From contig CALKWQ010000023.1 in the NCBI GenBank assembly GCA_938003925.1, positions 243,799 through 307,798 of the forward strand: 64,000 nt of DNA, given 5' to 3'. The notes beneath the pieces are model-generated. The model worked only from the letters and a program-made list of their open reading frames with translations, had not been told where the DNA came from and did no database searches. The position numbers and the translations under genes are program-made. This document shows, in pieces, positions 54,290 to 63,600 of this stretch; position 1 is the first letter of the stretch; every line of letters begins with the position of its first letter. This DNA comes from an uncultured bacterium (GTDB taxonomy: Bacteria; Patescibacteriota; Patescibacteriia; Patescibacteriales; UBA12465).

Positions 54290-55498
54290 ATGTATCAACA
54301 GATTATTGCCCTTAAAAACTTGGAAGCAGCTTATTTGAAAATCGCCGGTGATATGGAATTAGATGGGCGCTCCGGTCGTTATCGGGGCTGGGATAGCTGG
54401 AAAATGGCTGATGTAGAAGTGAGAACTTCAGCTTTGTTGCGGTTAATTAGGGCGGAATTACGCGATTTAAAACCCATTGCTCCGGCTGTACTATTTAAAA
54501 TTCCTAAAAAGAGTAATCCTCAGAAACTCAGAGAAATTTATATCTATAATTGGTCGGAGCGCATCAAGGCCCAGGCTATTTATCAGGTGGTCGAGCCGGT
54601 TTTTGATGCTTATTTTTCCCCTTATCTCTTTTCCTATCGCTCGTCTCACGCAAGTTATTTTGCAGCGCGTAGCGCCGTCAGGCATTACCGTAGATATTGG
54701 CACCGAGATTCAGTGTTGATTGGTGATTTGTCTGACTATTCTAATTATATCCAGCATGACCAGTTAAAAGAGAAAATCAAGAAATTGCAACTAGACAAGA
54801 AAGTTGAAGAGCTGTTATTCTTATTCATCGGCAATGAAGTTATTCGTGATGGCGCGATTGTTAAGCCGTCAGTTGGCTTGGTTCAGGGTGTGCCGTTGAT
54901 TGCTCTGTTTAATAATCTGTATCTAGATGATTTTGATAAATACGTTGGGCAGCGGGCTGATTTTTATCGCCGCGTAGGCGATGATTTGGCTATCTTTGAC
55001 CGTTTGTCTGCACGTTTATTGCCTCTGCGTGATCGCTTAGAGCAGGAGGCTAAAGTCTTAGGTTTGAAAATTAACCAAGACAAGACTGGTTTGCGTTTAG
55101 CCTCTGAGCCCTTTAATTTTCTAGGTTATCATTTTCAAGCTGGACAAGTGTCCTTACCGCCCAATTTCGTTAAGGCCTTAGTTAATAAATGGCGGCAACA
55201 ATTTTCTTACTACGGCAGTCAGCGCCTTGTCCTTAAGAGTCGCATGTTAAAAAACTCTTTACGCCAAGACAGGCAGAATTTACGCGAACAATTGCGGCAG
55301 TTATCTCAGCAGAAGAAGTTGGTCACAGATGAAGCGCAGTTGCGCCGTTTATCTGAAGCTTTTTTTCGGGTTTTGACTCGTTATTTCTTCAAAGATTATT
55401 CACCTCGTCATCGTCGTCTTTTGGCCGGAAAACTTGAAAAGTTAGGTTTAAAATCGGTATACAAACATTTTTTATCAGCTCGTTATGACTCAGATTAG
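54290..55498 (+). CDS. reverse transcriptase, unclassified (not DGR-type; retron, group-II-like or UG-like)
   Basis: RT motifs in order: FKIPKKSNPQKLREIY (1/2), FSYRSSHAS (3), LIGDLSDYSNYIQHD (4/A), GLVQGVPLIALFNNLYLDDFD (5/B), FYRRVGDDLAIF (C; VGDD instead of YADD), GLKINQDKT (6), FNFLGYHF (7). These are followed by a roughly 120-aa basic helical tail. Confidence 0.85.
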   Translation: MYQQIIALKNLEAAYLKIAGDMELDGRSGRYRGWDSWKMADVEVRTSALLRLIRAELRDLKPIAPAVLFKIPKKSNPQKLREIYIYNWSERIKAQAIYQVVEPVFDAYFSPYLFSYRSSHASYFAARSAVRHYRRYWHRDSVLIGDLSDYSNYIQHDQLKEKIKKLQLDKKVEELLFLFIGNEVIRDGAIVKPSVGLVQGVPLIALFNNLYLDDFDKYVGQRADFYRRVGDDLAIFDRLSARLLPLRDRLEQEAKVLGLKINQDKTGLRLASEPFNFLGYHFQAGQVSLPPNFVKALVNKWRQQFSYYGSQRLVLKSRMLKNSLRQDRQNLREQLRQLSQQKKLVTDEAQLRRLSEAFFRVLTRYFFKDYSPRHRRLLAGKLEKLGLKSVYKHFLSARYDSD

Positions 55499-57188
55499 GG
55501 ACAATGTTAAATTATTGCGTCAACGCCGGGCACAAAGATTGGCTAATAAGCCACTGTGGCCCAGTCAAGAGCACTTGGTCTATTTGCGTAATTTTTTTAG
55601 GCGGCAGCATCGCTTGTTGTCGATTAGTTTGATGGCCTTGTTACTGCAGGGACTATTTGAAATCGCTCTGATTGTTATTAGCCACCGGTATCTAAAGAGT
55701 TTTTCTGGTTACGAATTAGCCGTTAGTCGTCGTGCCTTATTTATCTTATTGGTAGTAATGGCGACCGTGTATCTGTTGGCAGCCTTTGCAGCGATTAAGG
55801 GGGAGCGCACCTTGATTGTGCGATTGATTAATGACTTACGTGCCCGTTGGTTTAAGTTGTTTTTATATAAGCGGCGCGAGGAAAATAATTTGGAAAATAA
55901 GGGTATGTTGCTGGCTAAAATCTCTTATCATCTGCCTTTACTCAGCACTGGTCTGTCTAATTCGTTGGCCGGAGTCGTGCGTTGGCTGATGTTTGTCCTG
56001 ATTTTGTTGTTCTTAGCTTTTGTTTTTACCTATAAGCTTTTGTGGTTTGTAGCTGGGGCGGTATTAGTTGGTCTATTGGTTGGAGCGGCTGCTTTTTGGA
56101 TTTCCTATAATTACGTTACCAAAGAAACTACTTTCTATTCCCAAATCATCAGGTTGGTGGATTTTAACTTATCCGACTGGTCGTTTGTAAAACAATATCG
56201 ACGTGAACGGGCGGTAGTGAAGGAGTTTGATCAGTTGGTAGAATTAGATTCATACTTTCGAGTACGCCGCGATCTCTGGCTGCGTTTCAGTATCAGTTTA
56301 GTGTTTGTGCTCTTAGTTTTTATCAGCTTTATGGTCGGTTCTTGGCATAGTCGCTTGGAATACTTTTTCGGAGCCGCTAGCTTGGACGCCAGATTCGTCT
56401 TGGTAATTGCTCTAGTCTATTTTTCTCGTCTACTCTATGAAAGTTTGCGGGTAGGTCTGTATTCCGTACCCTTGCTTTTAGGTCTGAAGCTGGCTATACC
56501 TGATTTTTTGCCGCGGAAACTAGGGGCGGGGAAACTAATTACAGCACCAGCGCTGGTTTTCAGCGCAGCTAAAGCCAAGCTCTTTGCTCGTGATCATAAA
56601 TATCGTCGTTTCAATTTCGAATTTGTGCCAGGCGGGCGCTATGTTATCAGTGGCCCCTCCCGTTCTGGTCGTAGTTCTTTGGCTAAGTTACTGGCCGGTC
56701 AAGCTGTTTATGGCCGTCGCGCCTGGTTAATTAAGGTGGGACGTAGGCGCTATTTCTATAACGAATTTTTTGATAAATACGCGGGCACCTATTATTTTGA
56801 TCCCCACTTTAACAGTGCTCGTTCTTTGTTGGAGGTAGTGGTGGGCAAAGAGAAGACGGCTATTACCCCAGCTGATTTAGCTACCGCTTCTACTTTAGTT
56901 AATGAACATCAGGAGCTAAGGGCCATCTTTTTTGAACGCGAAGACTGGCGTTATCCAGCTAATAGGTTTTGCAATAATCGTAAAAGCGTCTTTTTAGTGC
57001 AGCTGCTTTACTGCTTAATCAACAAGCCCTATTTAGTAATGATAGATAATGAGTGGCTTGAGACTGAAGATGCCGATATTAGCGCTTGGTTGCGCCTATT
57101 GGATCAGTTATTACCGAAGAGCGCTGTAGTGGCCTTCACTTCTACTAATAGAAAATTATTTACTAACCAACATCATCATGAAATTTAA
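55485..57188 (+). CDS. ABC-exporter-like protein (6-TM domain plus degenerate nucleotide-binding domain)
   Basis: It overlaps the RT stop by 14 nt. The N-terminal roughly 340 aa have the ABC_membrane-type six-helix layout. In the C-terminal NBD, Walker A is GPSRSGRSS (Lys to Arg), the signature is FCNNR in place of LSGGQ, and Walker B is YLVMIDNE. Confidence 0.65.
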   Translation: MTQIRDNVKLLRQRRAQRLANKPLWPSQEHLVYLRNFFRRQHRLLSISLMALLLQGLFEIALIVISHRYLKSFSGYELAVSRRALFILLVVMATVYLLAAFAAIKGERTLIVRLINDLRARWFKLFLYKRREENNLENKGMLLAKISYHLPLLSTGLSNSLAGVVRWLMFVLILLFLAFVFTYKLLWFVAGAVLVGLLVGAAAFWISYNYVTKETTFYSQIIRLVDFNLSDWSFVKQYRRERAVVKEFDQLVELDSYFRVRRDLWLRFSISLVFVLLVFISFMVGSWHSRLEYFFGAASLDARFVLVIALVYFSRLLYESLRVGLYSVPLLLGLKLAIPDFLPRKLGAGKLITAPALVFSAAKAKLFARDHKYRRFNFEFVPGGRYVISGPSRSGRSSLAKLLAGQAVYGRRAWLIKVGRRRYFYNEFFDKYAGTYYFDPHFNSARSLLEVVVGKEKTAITPADLATASTLVNEHQELRAIFFEREDWRYPANRFCNNRKSVFLVQLLYCLINKPYLVMIDNEWLETEDADISAWLRLLDQLLPKSAVVAFTSTNRKLFTNQHHHEI

Positions 57189-58419
57189 GTTTAAACATTG
57201 GCGCTGGCTGTGGGCGCCCCTAGTAATTATCTTGGGTCTATTATTACTGGCCTTAGTGGCAAGACAGGGAGGGGCGTTAGTAGAAAAATGGTTGCTTATC
57301 AAAAGTCGGCCAGCTGTCAGCGTTACTACGGTCTTACCCGTGTCAGCCGAATTGCTATTTAATCACGAGCCGGGAGTGGAGATTTTTTCGGAACGGATTG
57401 TTACTGAAATTGGCCAGGCGCAGCAGAGCTTAGAAATTGCGATGTACGCTTTTTCTTCGGTTAAGCTGAAAGAAGCGGTTTATGCTGCTCAGCGGCGCGG
57501 GGTAAAAGTAACTATTATCACAGATTTTCGTAAACGAGAAAATCACGAGGCTTTTTTTGCAGATGCGGTTAGAGACATCAAGCGCTTAGAGGCTGGGGCT
57601 GAAACCGCCAGTAAGACTATTTTGATGCACCATAAGTTTGCTTTAATTGATCGAGGCACCGCCAATCAGAAATTACTATTTGGCGCCTATAATTGGACGG
57701 ATTTACAAGAAAAGTATGATCCCAGTTTCTTGATGGTGAGCACTAGTTCGGAGTTGGTTGCTAGTTTCGGTCGAGAATTTGATCGTTTATTGGCCGGCCA
57801 AGCCGGAACTCAGAAGCTGCGTGACCAGGCTTATCATCCCTGGGATTTAGAGCTTAAGGCCGCTGGCTATACTTCGGAAGTCTGGTTTAGTCCGGGGCGA
57901 GAGGGCGATGGCATTAAGACCAGGCTTTCTTCTTTGATTAATAGCGCTCAACAAGAGATCCAAATTATGATTTGGGACTTTACCGACAAGGAATTAGCAG
58001 TGGATTTAATTCGTCGTGCCCGCCAAGGCGTAAAAGTGACCATCATCACTGATACCTGGAATTTTTACAACCAAAATTCAGTATTCTTATACTTAGCCGA
58101 AGCTAAACAGCGTTATCAGTTAGATAATTTTGAATTAATTGTCGATAAAGTAGGCGGTGAAAAGACCATTGCCGCTGTCAACGCTCCTGATTTAGAGGCT
58201 GACTTTGATCCCTTCTTGCATTTTCACGTTTTGATTGTAGATGGGCAAAAAGTTTTGTTTGGCACCAACAATTGGAGTCGTGCCGGCTCTTATTTCAATG
58301 ACGAGTCAATGATGATTAGTGAAGACCCGGCTGTGGCTGCTGCTTTTCAGGAGGCTTTCAGGTATCAGTATCAACACAATACTACGCCATTAGTGGAGGC
58401 TGGGGTAATTGTTGATTAA
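57178..58419 (+). CDS. membrane-anchored phospholipase-D/HKD-superfamily protein (nuclease-like, two HKD domains)
   Basis: It overlaps the upstream stop by 11 nt. N-terminal TM helix. HKD 1 is HHKFALID...GAYN. HKD 2 is HFHVLIVD...GTNN, with the Lys replaced by His. Confidence 0.8.
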   Translation: MKFKFKHWRWLWAPLVIILGLLLLALVARQGGALVEKWLLIKSRPAVSVTTVLPVSAELLFNHEPGVEIFSERIVTEIGQAQQSLEIAMYAFSSVKLKEAVYAAQRRGVKVTIITDFRKRENHEAFFADAVRDIKRLEAGAETASKTILMHHKFALIDRGTANQKLLFGAYNWTDLQEKYDPSFLMVSTSSELVASFGREFDRLLAGQAGTQKLRDQAYHPWDLELKAAGYTSEVWFSPGREGDGIKTRLSSLINSAQQEIQIMIWDFTDKELAVDLIRRARQGVKVTIITDTWNFYNQNSVFLYLAEAKQRYQLDNFELIVDKVGGEKTIAAVNAPDLEADFDPFLHFHVLIVDGQKVLFGTNNWSRAGSYFNDESMMISEDPAVAAAFQEAFRYQYQHNTTPLVEAGVIVD

Positions 58420-58466
58420 ATGGGAAAATGCTATAATTAAATTAATTAAAAATTAAATTTAAAAGT

Positions 58467-59057
58467 ATGTCTGAACAAGCAAAAAGTTCTCTTTCTAGCC
58501 ATCGCCGTGTCTGGCTATTTTCGGCCCTTATTTTTTTCCTGCTAGCTTTAGCCGCCGCTGGCCCCTTAGTTTTTAAAGCTTTCGCTGACGCCAGTTCTGC
58601 TCATGAGCAGGTTATTCAAGCCCGCAATGCTGCCATCAGTGAAGCTATCCTAAATAATGATTATAATGCCTGGGATTCTTTAGTTCAGGATCAAACACTT
58701 AAGCAACAGATTAACTCTAGTAATTTCGAGGCCTTTGCTGAAGCCTATCGTCTTTTAGAGAAGGGCATGATTACCGAGGCAGAGTTACTGAAACGGCAGG
58801 TAGGTATTAAGGAGGAGATGAATCAAAACGCTGTAGTGAGCAGCATGATTGGCCAGGCAATCGTCAATAAAGACTATAACCTGTGGCGCCAAGCCGTGGG
58901 CAATGATTATGCTCAGGGTGTAGTTACTGCTGGTAATTTTGATAAATATGCCAGCTTTCTCCAAGATGTGGAAAAAGGCAGGTTAAATCGCGCCGTTCGC
59001 TATCAGTATGATTTGGGGGTAAAGCAGAAAATGGATTACAGTTCTAGTCGCGAGTAG
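58467..59057 (+). CDS. membrane-anchored hypothetical protein with an internal duplication
   Basis: TGcTATAAT at 58429-58437 and one TM helix. Repeated AI(L/V)N(N/K)DYN.W ... NF(E/D)..A ... EKG segments. Confidence 0.5.
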   Translation: MSEQAKSSLSSHRRVWLFSALIFFLLALAAAGPLVFKAFADASSAHEQVIQARNAAISEAILNNDYNAWDSLVQDQTLKQQINSSNFEAFAEAYRLLEKGMITEAELLKRQVGIKEEMNQNAVVSSMIGQAIVNKDYNLWRQAVGNDYAQGVVTAGNFDKYASFLQDVEKGRLNRAVRYQYDLGVKQKMDYSSSRE

Positions 59058-59069
59058 CGCTAATTTATT

Positions 59070-59252
59070 ATGATGAAATATTTAAAGGTAACCTTCGCCT
59101 TTCTGGTGGTAGCAATTTTTTTACTCTCTGCTTATATGGTCATCTTCGACTCTAGAAATCGGGAGCTGGCTATAGCTAAGAGTCAGCGTTTCAGTGCTGG
59201 TGGCGCTGGGCGTTTCCTGAGTTTGGGTGATTACAGTTCCAGCCATGATTAA
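59070..59252 (+). CDS. small single-TM protein (60 aa)
   Basis: ORF with one hydrophobic helix, tightly spaced within the run. Confidence 0.35.
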   Translation: MMKYLKVTFAFLVVAIFLLSAYMVIFDSRNRELAIAKSQRFSAGGAGRFLSLGDYSSSHD

Positions 59253-59264
59253 TTTTTGCAATTT

Positions 59265-59825
59265 ATGCTTAACAAAAAAATAATTATTGCCGTCTTGTCA
59301 GTGGTGGTGGTGATGTTAGTAGTAGCTTTGTGGTGGCGCAATGGTGACAAGGAGATTAAGGTGACTGAAGTTAAGGTAACGCCGGAGCAAGTCACTAACA
59401 CCACTCCCTTGCCAGGCGGCAATACCATCAATGAAGAGCAAATTGTAGTGACTGAGGCTGGTACGCCGGTGCAGGTAAATGTGATGCCCAATAATCCCGA
59501 AGCCCCTAAAGCGGTAGTGGTATCAACTAAGAAACTGCCGCAGAGCGCAGTGCAAATCAAGGTGGGTGATAGTAAGTTTGAGCCCTCAACCTTTACCGTG
59601 CAGCCTGGAGCGCCGGTGTCTTTAGCTTTTTCTTCGGTTGATAAAAAAGTTCATGTCATTACTTTTTCTGACCCCTCTTTGGCGGCTCTGTCTTTCGGGG
59701 TGGGGGCCAATCAGACTAAGGCTATGACTTTCAATGCTCCTAGCCAGGCGGGTGAGTATGAGTTCCACTGTGATGTTCCCGGTCATCGAGCAGCTGGAGA
59801 AGTGGGGGTCATGATTGTGCAATAA
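59265..59825 (+). CDS. membrane-anchored cupredoxin (type-1 copper-like) domain protein
   Basis: The first ATG is at 59265. TM anchor, then a C-terminal beta domain with VHVITF...EYEFHCDVPGHRAAGEVGVMIV, giving a His ... Cys-x4-His ... Met ligand pattern. Confidence 0.65.
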   Translation: MLNKKIIIAVLSVVVVMLVVALWWRNGDKEIKVTEVKVTPEQVTNTTPLPGGNTINEEQIVVTEAGTPVQVNVMPNNPEAPKAVVVSTKKLPQSAVQIKVGDSKFEPSTFTVQPGAPVSLAFSSVDKKVHVITFSDPSLAALSFGVGANQTKAMTFNAPSQAGEYEFHCDVPGHRAAGEVGVMIVQ

Positions 59826-59846
59826 TTGTTAACTTATTATATCTCT

Positions 59847-60470
59847 ATGTCTAAATTTCTAACTAAAAATCTACCCGGTAACCAGAAAGCCATCCTCCTT
59901 GCTTTATTAGGTGTAGCTATTGTCTTAGTGGTCCTAGTGGCGATAGATTTGTTTCGTAAACCGGTGGCGGAAACACCGATAATAGAGGGGGCCAATGTTC
60001 CCACTGAGGCTTTACCCGATCAGGAAGATTATCAAGATGTCGTAGCTATGCCTCAAGTGCAGAAAGATGAATTTAAGGAAGAAGTACCAGTAGATATTGT
60101 AGTGCCGGAGATCGACACTCAATTAACCGAGGAACAAAAAAAAGAAATAGCCCTACCGACAGTGACAGTGGCAGCGGCTCCTGGTGTTGAAGCTAAGTTC
60201 CGTAGCTTCCAGATTAAAGCGGAGGGTGGAGCGTTTGTGCCGACCAAAGTTATTGCTAATGCCGGCGATACCGTTCACATTGATTTCACGGCTGTAGATG
60301 GTAATTATGACATTGTATTTCCGAGCTACAACATGATGCAGACAGCTAGCCAGGGTCAGACAAAAATCTTAGAGTTCCAAGCCCTGCAATCCGGCAGCTT
60401 TACCTACTACTGTTCCAGCTGTGGCGGTCCTGAGAGCGGGCCTAAAGGCAATATTATTATTGTGGAATAA
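59847..60470 (+). CDS. membrane-anchored cupredoxin-fold-like protein lacking the full copper ligand set
   Basis: ATG at 59847 and a TM anchor. The C-terminal domain parallels the upstream gene (GDTVHIDFT...FTYYCSSCGGPESGPKGNIIIVE) but has no His/Met after the Cys pair. Confidence 0.5.
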   Translation: MSKFLTKNLPGNQKAILLALLGVAIVLVVLVAIDLFRKPVAETPIIEGANVPTEALPDQEDYQDVVAMPQVQKDEFKEEVPVDIVVPEIDTQLTEEQKKEIALPTVTVAAAPGVEAKFRSFQIKAEGGAFVPTKVIANAGDTVHIDFTAVDGNYDIVFPSYNMMQTASQGQTKILEFQALQSGSFTYYCSSCGGPESGPKGNIIIVE

Positions 60471-60489
60471 AAAATTATTGTTAGTTCTA

Positions 60490-60520
60490 AAAACGCCTAC
60501 TACATAGTGGGCGTTTTTGT
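60490..60520 (+). terminator. rho-independent terminator
   Basis: Stem aacgcctac / gtgggcgtt followed by a T-run. Confidence 0.6.
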
Positions 60521-60612
60521 GTTTTCAGACCCAGTTTATGCTGAGTGTTTCTTGGCTGTAGCCAGCGTTTAAAAGTATTATTTAGAACCTTGAAAAAACA
60601 GGCAAAAAATTA

Positions 60613-60641
60613 TTGCTAGGATTCTAAAAATGAGGTATAAT
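60613..60641 (+). promoter_or_regulatory. sigma70-type promoter of giant gene 2
   Basis: TTGCTA (60613-60618), a 17-nt spacer, then TATAAT (60636-60641), 15 nt before the ATG. Confidence 0.55.
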
Positions 60642-60656
60642 TAGGGCATAGTAAGT

Positions 60657-63600
60657 ATGCTTAAATCGTCCCTAAAATTAACTGCGAAAACGCTGGTTTT
60701 ATTGTTAATTCCGGCGGCGTTTTTATTTATTGAGACTCATTCTACTGAGGCGGCAGTTGGTTTATCAGTGGGCAACACTGGTTTAAATTTATTACAGGCA
60801 GAGAATTTATTTTATGGTAACGTCGGTTCTACCAGCCATGCTTCCAGTAGTTTCTTATTATTCCAAAACAATAGCGTGGATAGATTGAGAATTGATATCT
60901 TGGGCAACTTAACCACGTCCGGAACCATTACTGCTGGTGCTTTTTCTGGTCCAATCACCGGAGGTTCTATCTCGGCCGCTAATGTCTCCGCTGGTAATTT
61001 TGGATCCAATGTTGGTAATGGTAATTTCAGTTTTCCTGGTAATGTGGGAGTGGGCACGACAAATCCTTTGGGTCTTTTGCATATTTATTCAACAGCTTCT
61101 TCATCTCAGGCTTTATTCATTGCTAATAATGGTTATGTTGGAATTGGTAGAAATAATCCAGGTTTTAGATTGGATGTACAGGGCGATACTTACATTCAAG
61201 GGTCCTTATATAATTGGGGAAATGCATCTATACAGACCTTAGCTTTAGGTTACGGTGCAGCATATCCGGCAATTTTAACAACTCAAACCGCCAATGAAGA
61301 TTTAACTATTGACCCTGCCGGCGTAGGTAACATTATTATGCAAGGTAACGTCGGGATAGGGACGACGAATCCATTAGCAACTTTAGATATTTTGCATCCC
61401 AATTCTGCCGCCGGGGGCATAAGACTTCAATCTTCATTAGATGATTTAACTCTAAAGAGGGGCAGAATAAAAACAGGACATTATAATAATAGCGAAGAGC
61501 CGGTGACGTTACTTATTACCAGTAATTCAAGCGGCGAGAATTTAATTGCTCTTGGTGGCAGCAGTACTGTTGAAAATTCTGCAAATACAATTTCATTTTA
61601 TACAGGCGAAACAGCGGCAACTCTAAACGGTACGGAGCGAATGAGAATAAATTCTGCCGGCAACGTCGGCATCGGCACCACCAATCCTACTGCTAAACTA
61701 TATGTTAATGGTACTTCCATATTTAACGATATTGCTACCTTCACTCAACCAGTAGTAGTCTCCGCTCCTATTTTGGGTCCTCATGCCGCTACTAAGAGTT
61801 ACGTAGATTCCACTATTGCTTCTGCCACTTCCAGTATTGCCACTCTCTGGGGTGGAACAATTGGAGGAAATGTTTGGAATTTAAATTCTGGTAATGTTGG
61901 GATTGGTAATAATAATCCACTAGCCAAATTGCAGATTAATAATCAGGGAGCATTTAATGCGGTCATTCCTGGACCTTCGGCTTATTACGGTCTCCATTTT
62001 AATGGCCAGACTACTGCAGATTATGCCACGGGTATTACTTGGAATGGCGGCACCACGGGGACTCAGGCTGGTTTATATGTCCAAGGCTCAGGTGCTTATG
62101 GTACCAAAATGTATTTTGCTACAACTCAGAGTTATGCTACCGGCGCTCAAACCAGAATGATGATTGATCATAGTGGTAACGTCGGCATTGGCACCACTAC
62201 TCCGGGCACCAGACTAACTGTAATTGGTTCAGGTAATTATAGTATTGATGCTGGCAATTATCGTATCGGCAATATTGCTGCACCGGTATCAGCTAATGAT
62301 GCTGTTAATTTATCTTATTTGCAATCGGCTGTCGGTACTGCTCAAAACGCCTACTGGAATCTATCTGGCAGTACTTTGTCGGCCTCATCTACCACTTGGA
62401 ATGTGCGCGTTGGCACCACCACCGCGGGCACTGACAAAATTGGAGTTGCCGGTGGCCGTATTTCCACTTTAGATACCAGCGACATCTATGCTGGTGGTCA
62501 GGTTAATTCAGCTGGTACTGGCGCTAACGCTTTTGCTGGTCGGTTAGCGGTTGGGCAAATTGCAGTGGCCACACCCAAGTTTTTTGTAAATGGTGGCGCG
62601 GCTATCGGTACGAATTATTCTACCGCTAACATCGCGACTGGCACCATGGCTTTAGAGACCAATTTAGGTATCGGTTTAACTAATCCCACTGCTCGCTTAC
62701 ATGTCTTTGACCCCACGACGACGACGGGCTACAACACCTATTTGTATAATAATGGCATCACCTCAGGCACAATGCTGGGTTTAGTCCAAGCTTCTTCTAC
62801 CTTTAACGGTATTGGCTTGTATATGAATTTTCAATCCGGCACTGGCACTAGCACTGCTAATTTTGCCGATTTTAGGATTAATAATTCTCAGCGTTTTGCT
62901 GTTAATTATCGTGGTGGCATTACCAGCACCTATGCTAATGATGCCGATAATGTTAACTTAAATAGTTTCACGCTTACTAGTGGTAATGCCAGTGCAGCTT
63001 CATATAATGCTTTGGCAGTTAGCAGTCCGAGTCGGCTCATAGTTTCGCAAACTTCCGCCACTGAAGATGAGTTGTTTGATAATAATTACGAGGGCTTTAA
63101 ATTTAACTCCGGTACTTATAACAACATGGGTGGCTTCTATGTTCGCATGAGGAGGGGCACTACTACCCCAGTTAATGCGGGTGGAGCTTATTTCCGCGCC
63201 CATATTTACACTGATAACGGTGGTCAGCCTGGCACCAATGTCACTAATAGCCCTTCTATTTATGTTGCGCGCTTAGGTACCACTTATGCTGATTATTATT
63301 TTCCTTTAAGCGTTGCGCTGACCGCCAATACTAACTATTGGATTTTGCTTTATAAAGTTGGTGGCTTTAACGCTGCCGACCAAGTGTATTTTTATACTCA
63401 TCCTACTTCCGGCAGCGCTGAATGGGCTTACGGCAACGGGACATCCTGGTCAGTTGACCCAACTCGTCGCGGTTATTTTAGAGTGTATTCGCGTAGCGCT
63501 AATGGTATTACCGCCACTTCTGATGTTAACTATGGTGTTTATGGTAGCTCTACTTTTGGCACTGGAGTCAGGGGCGCCTCTAATGCCGGTATTGGTGTGT

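Noticed and set aside
54006-55498. Diversity-generating retroelement (DGR), with the upstream giant gene as its target
   Set aside because: The 284-nt spacer shows no similarity to the 3' end of the giant gene (53580-54005), so there is no TR/VR pair. The RT motif-B region reads QGVPLIALFNN rather than the DGR-typical I/LGxxxSQ. No Avd-like gene is present. A VR elsewhere, outside the window, cannot be excluded.
54209-55498. Group II intron (GTGCG at 54209 followed by an RT ORF)
   Set aside because: The GTGCG lies only about 80 nt before the RT ATG, whereas domains I-III need about 500 nt. The RT stop overlaps the next protein gene, leaving no room for domains V-VI. No maturase-type or endonuclease C-terminus was recognised.
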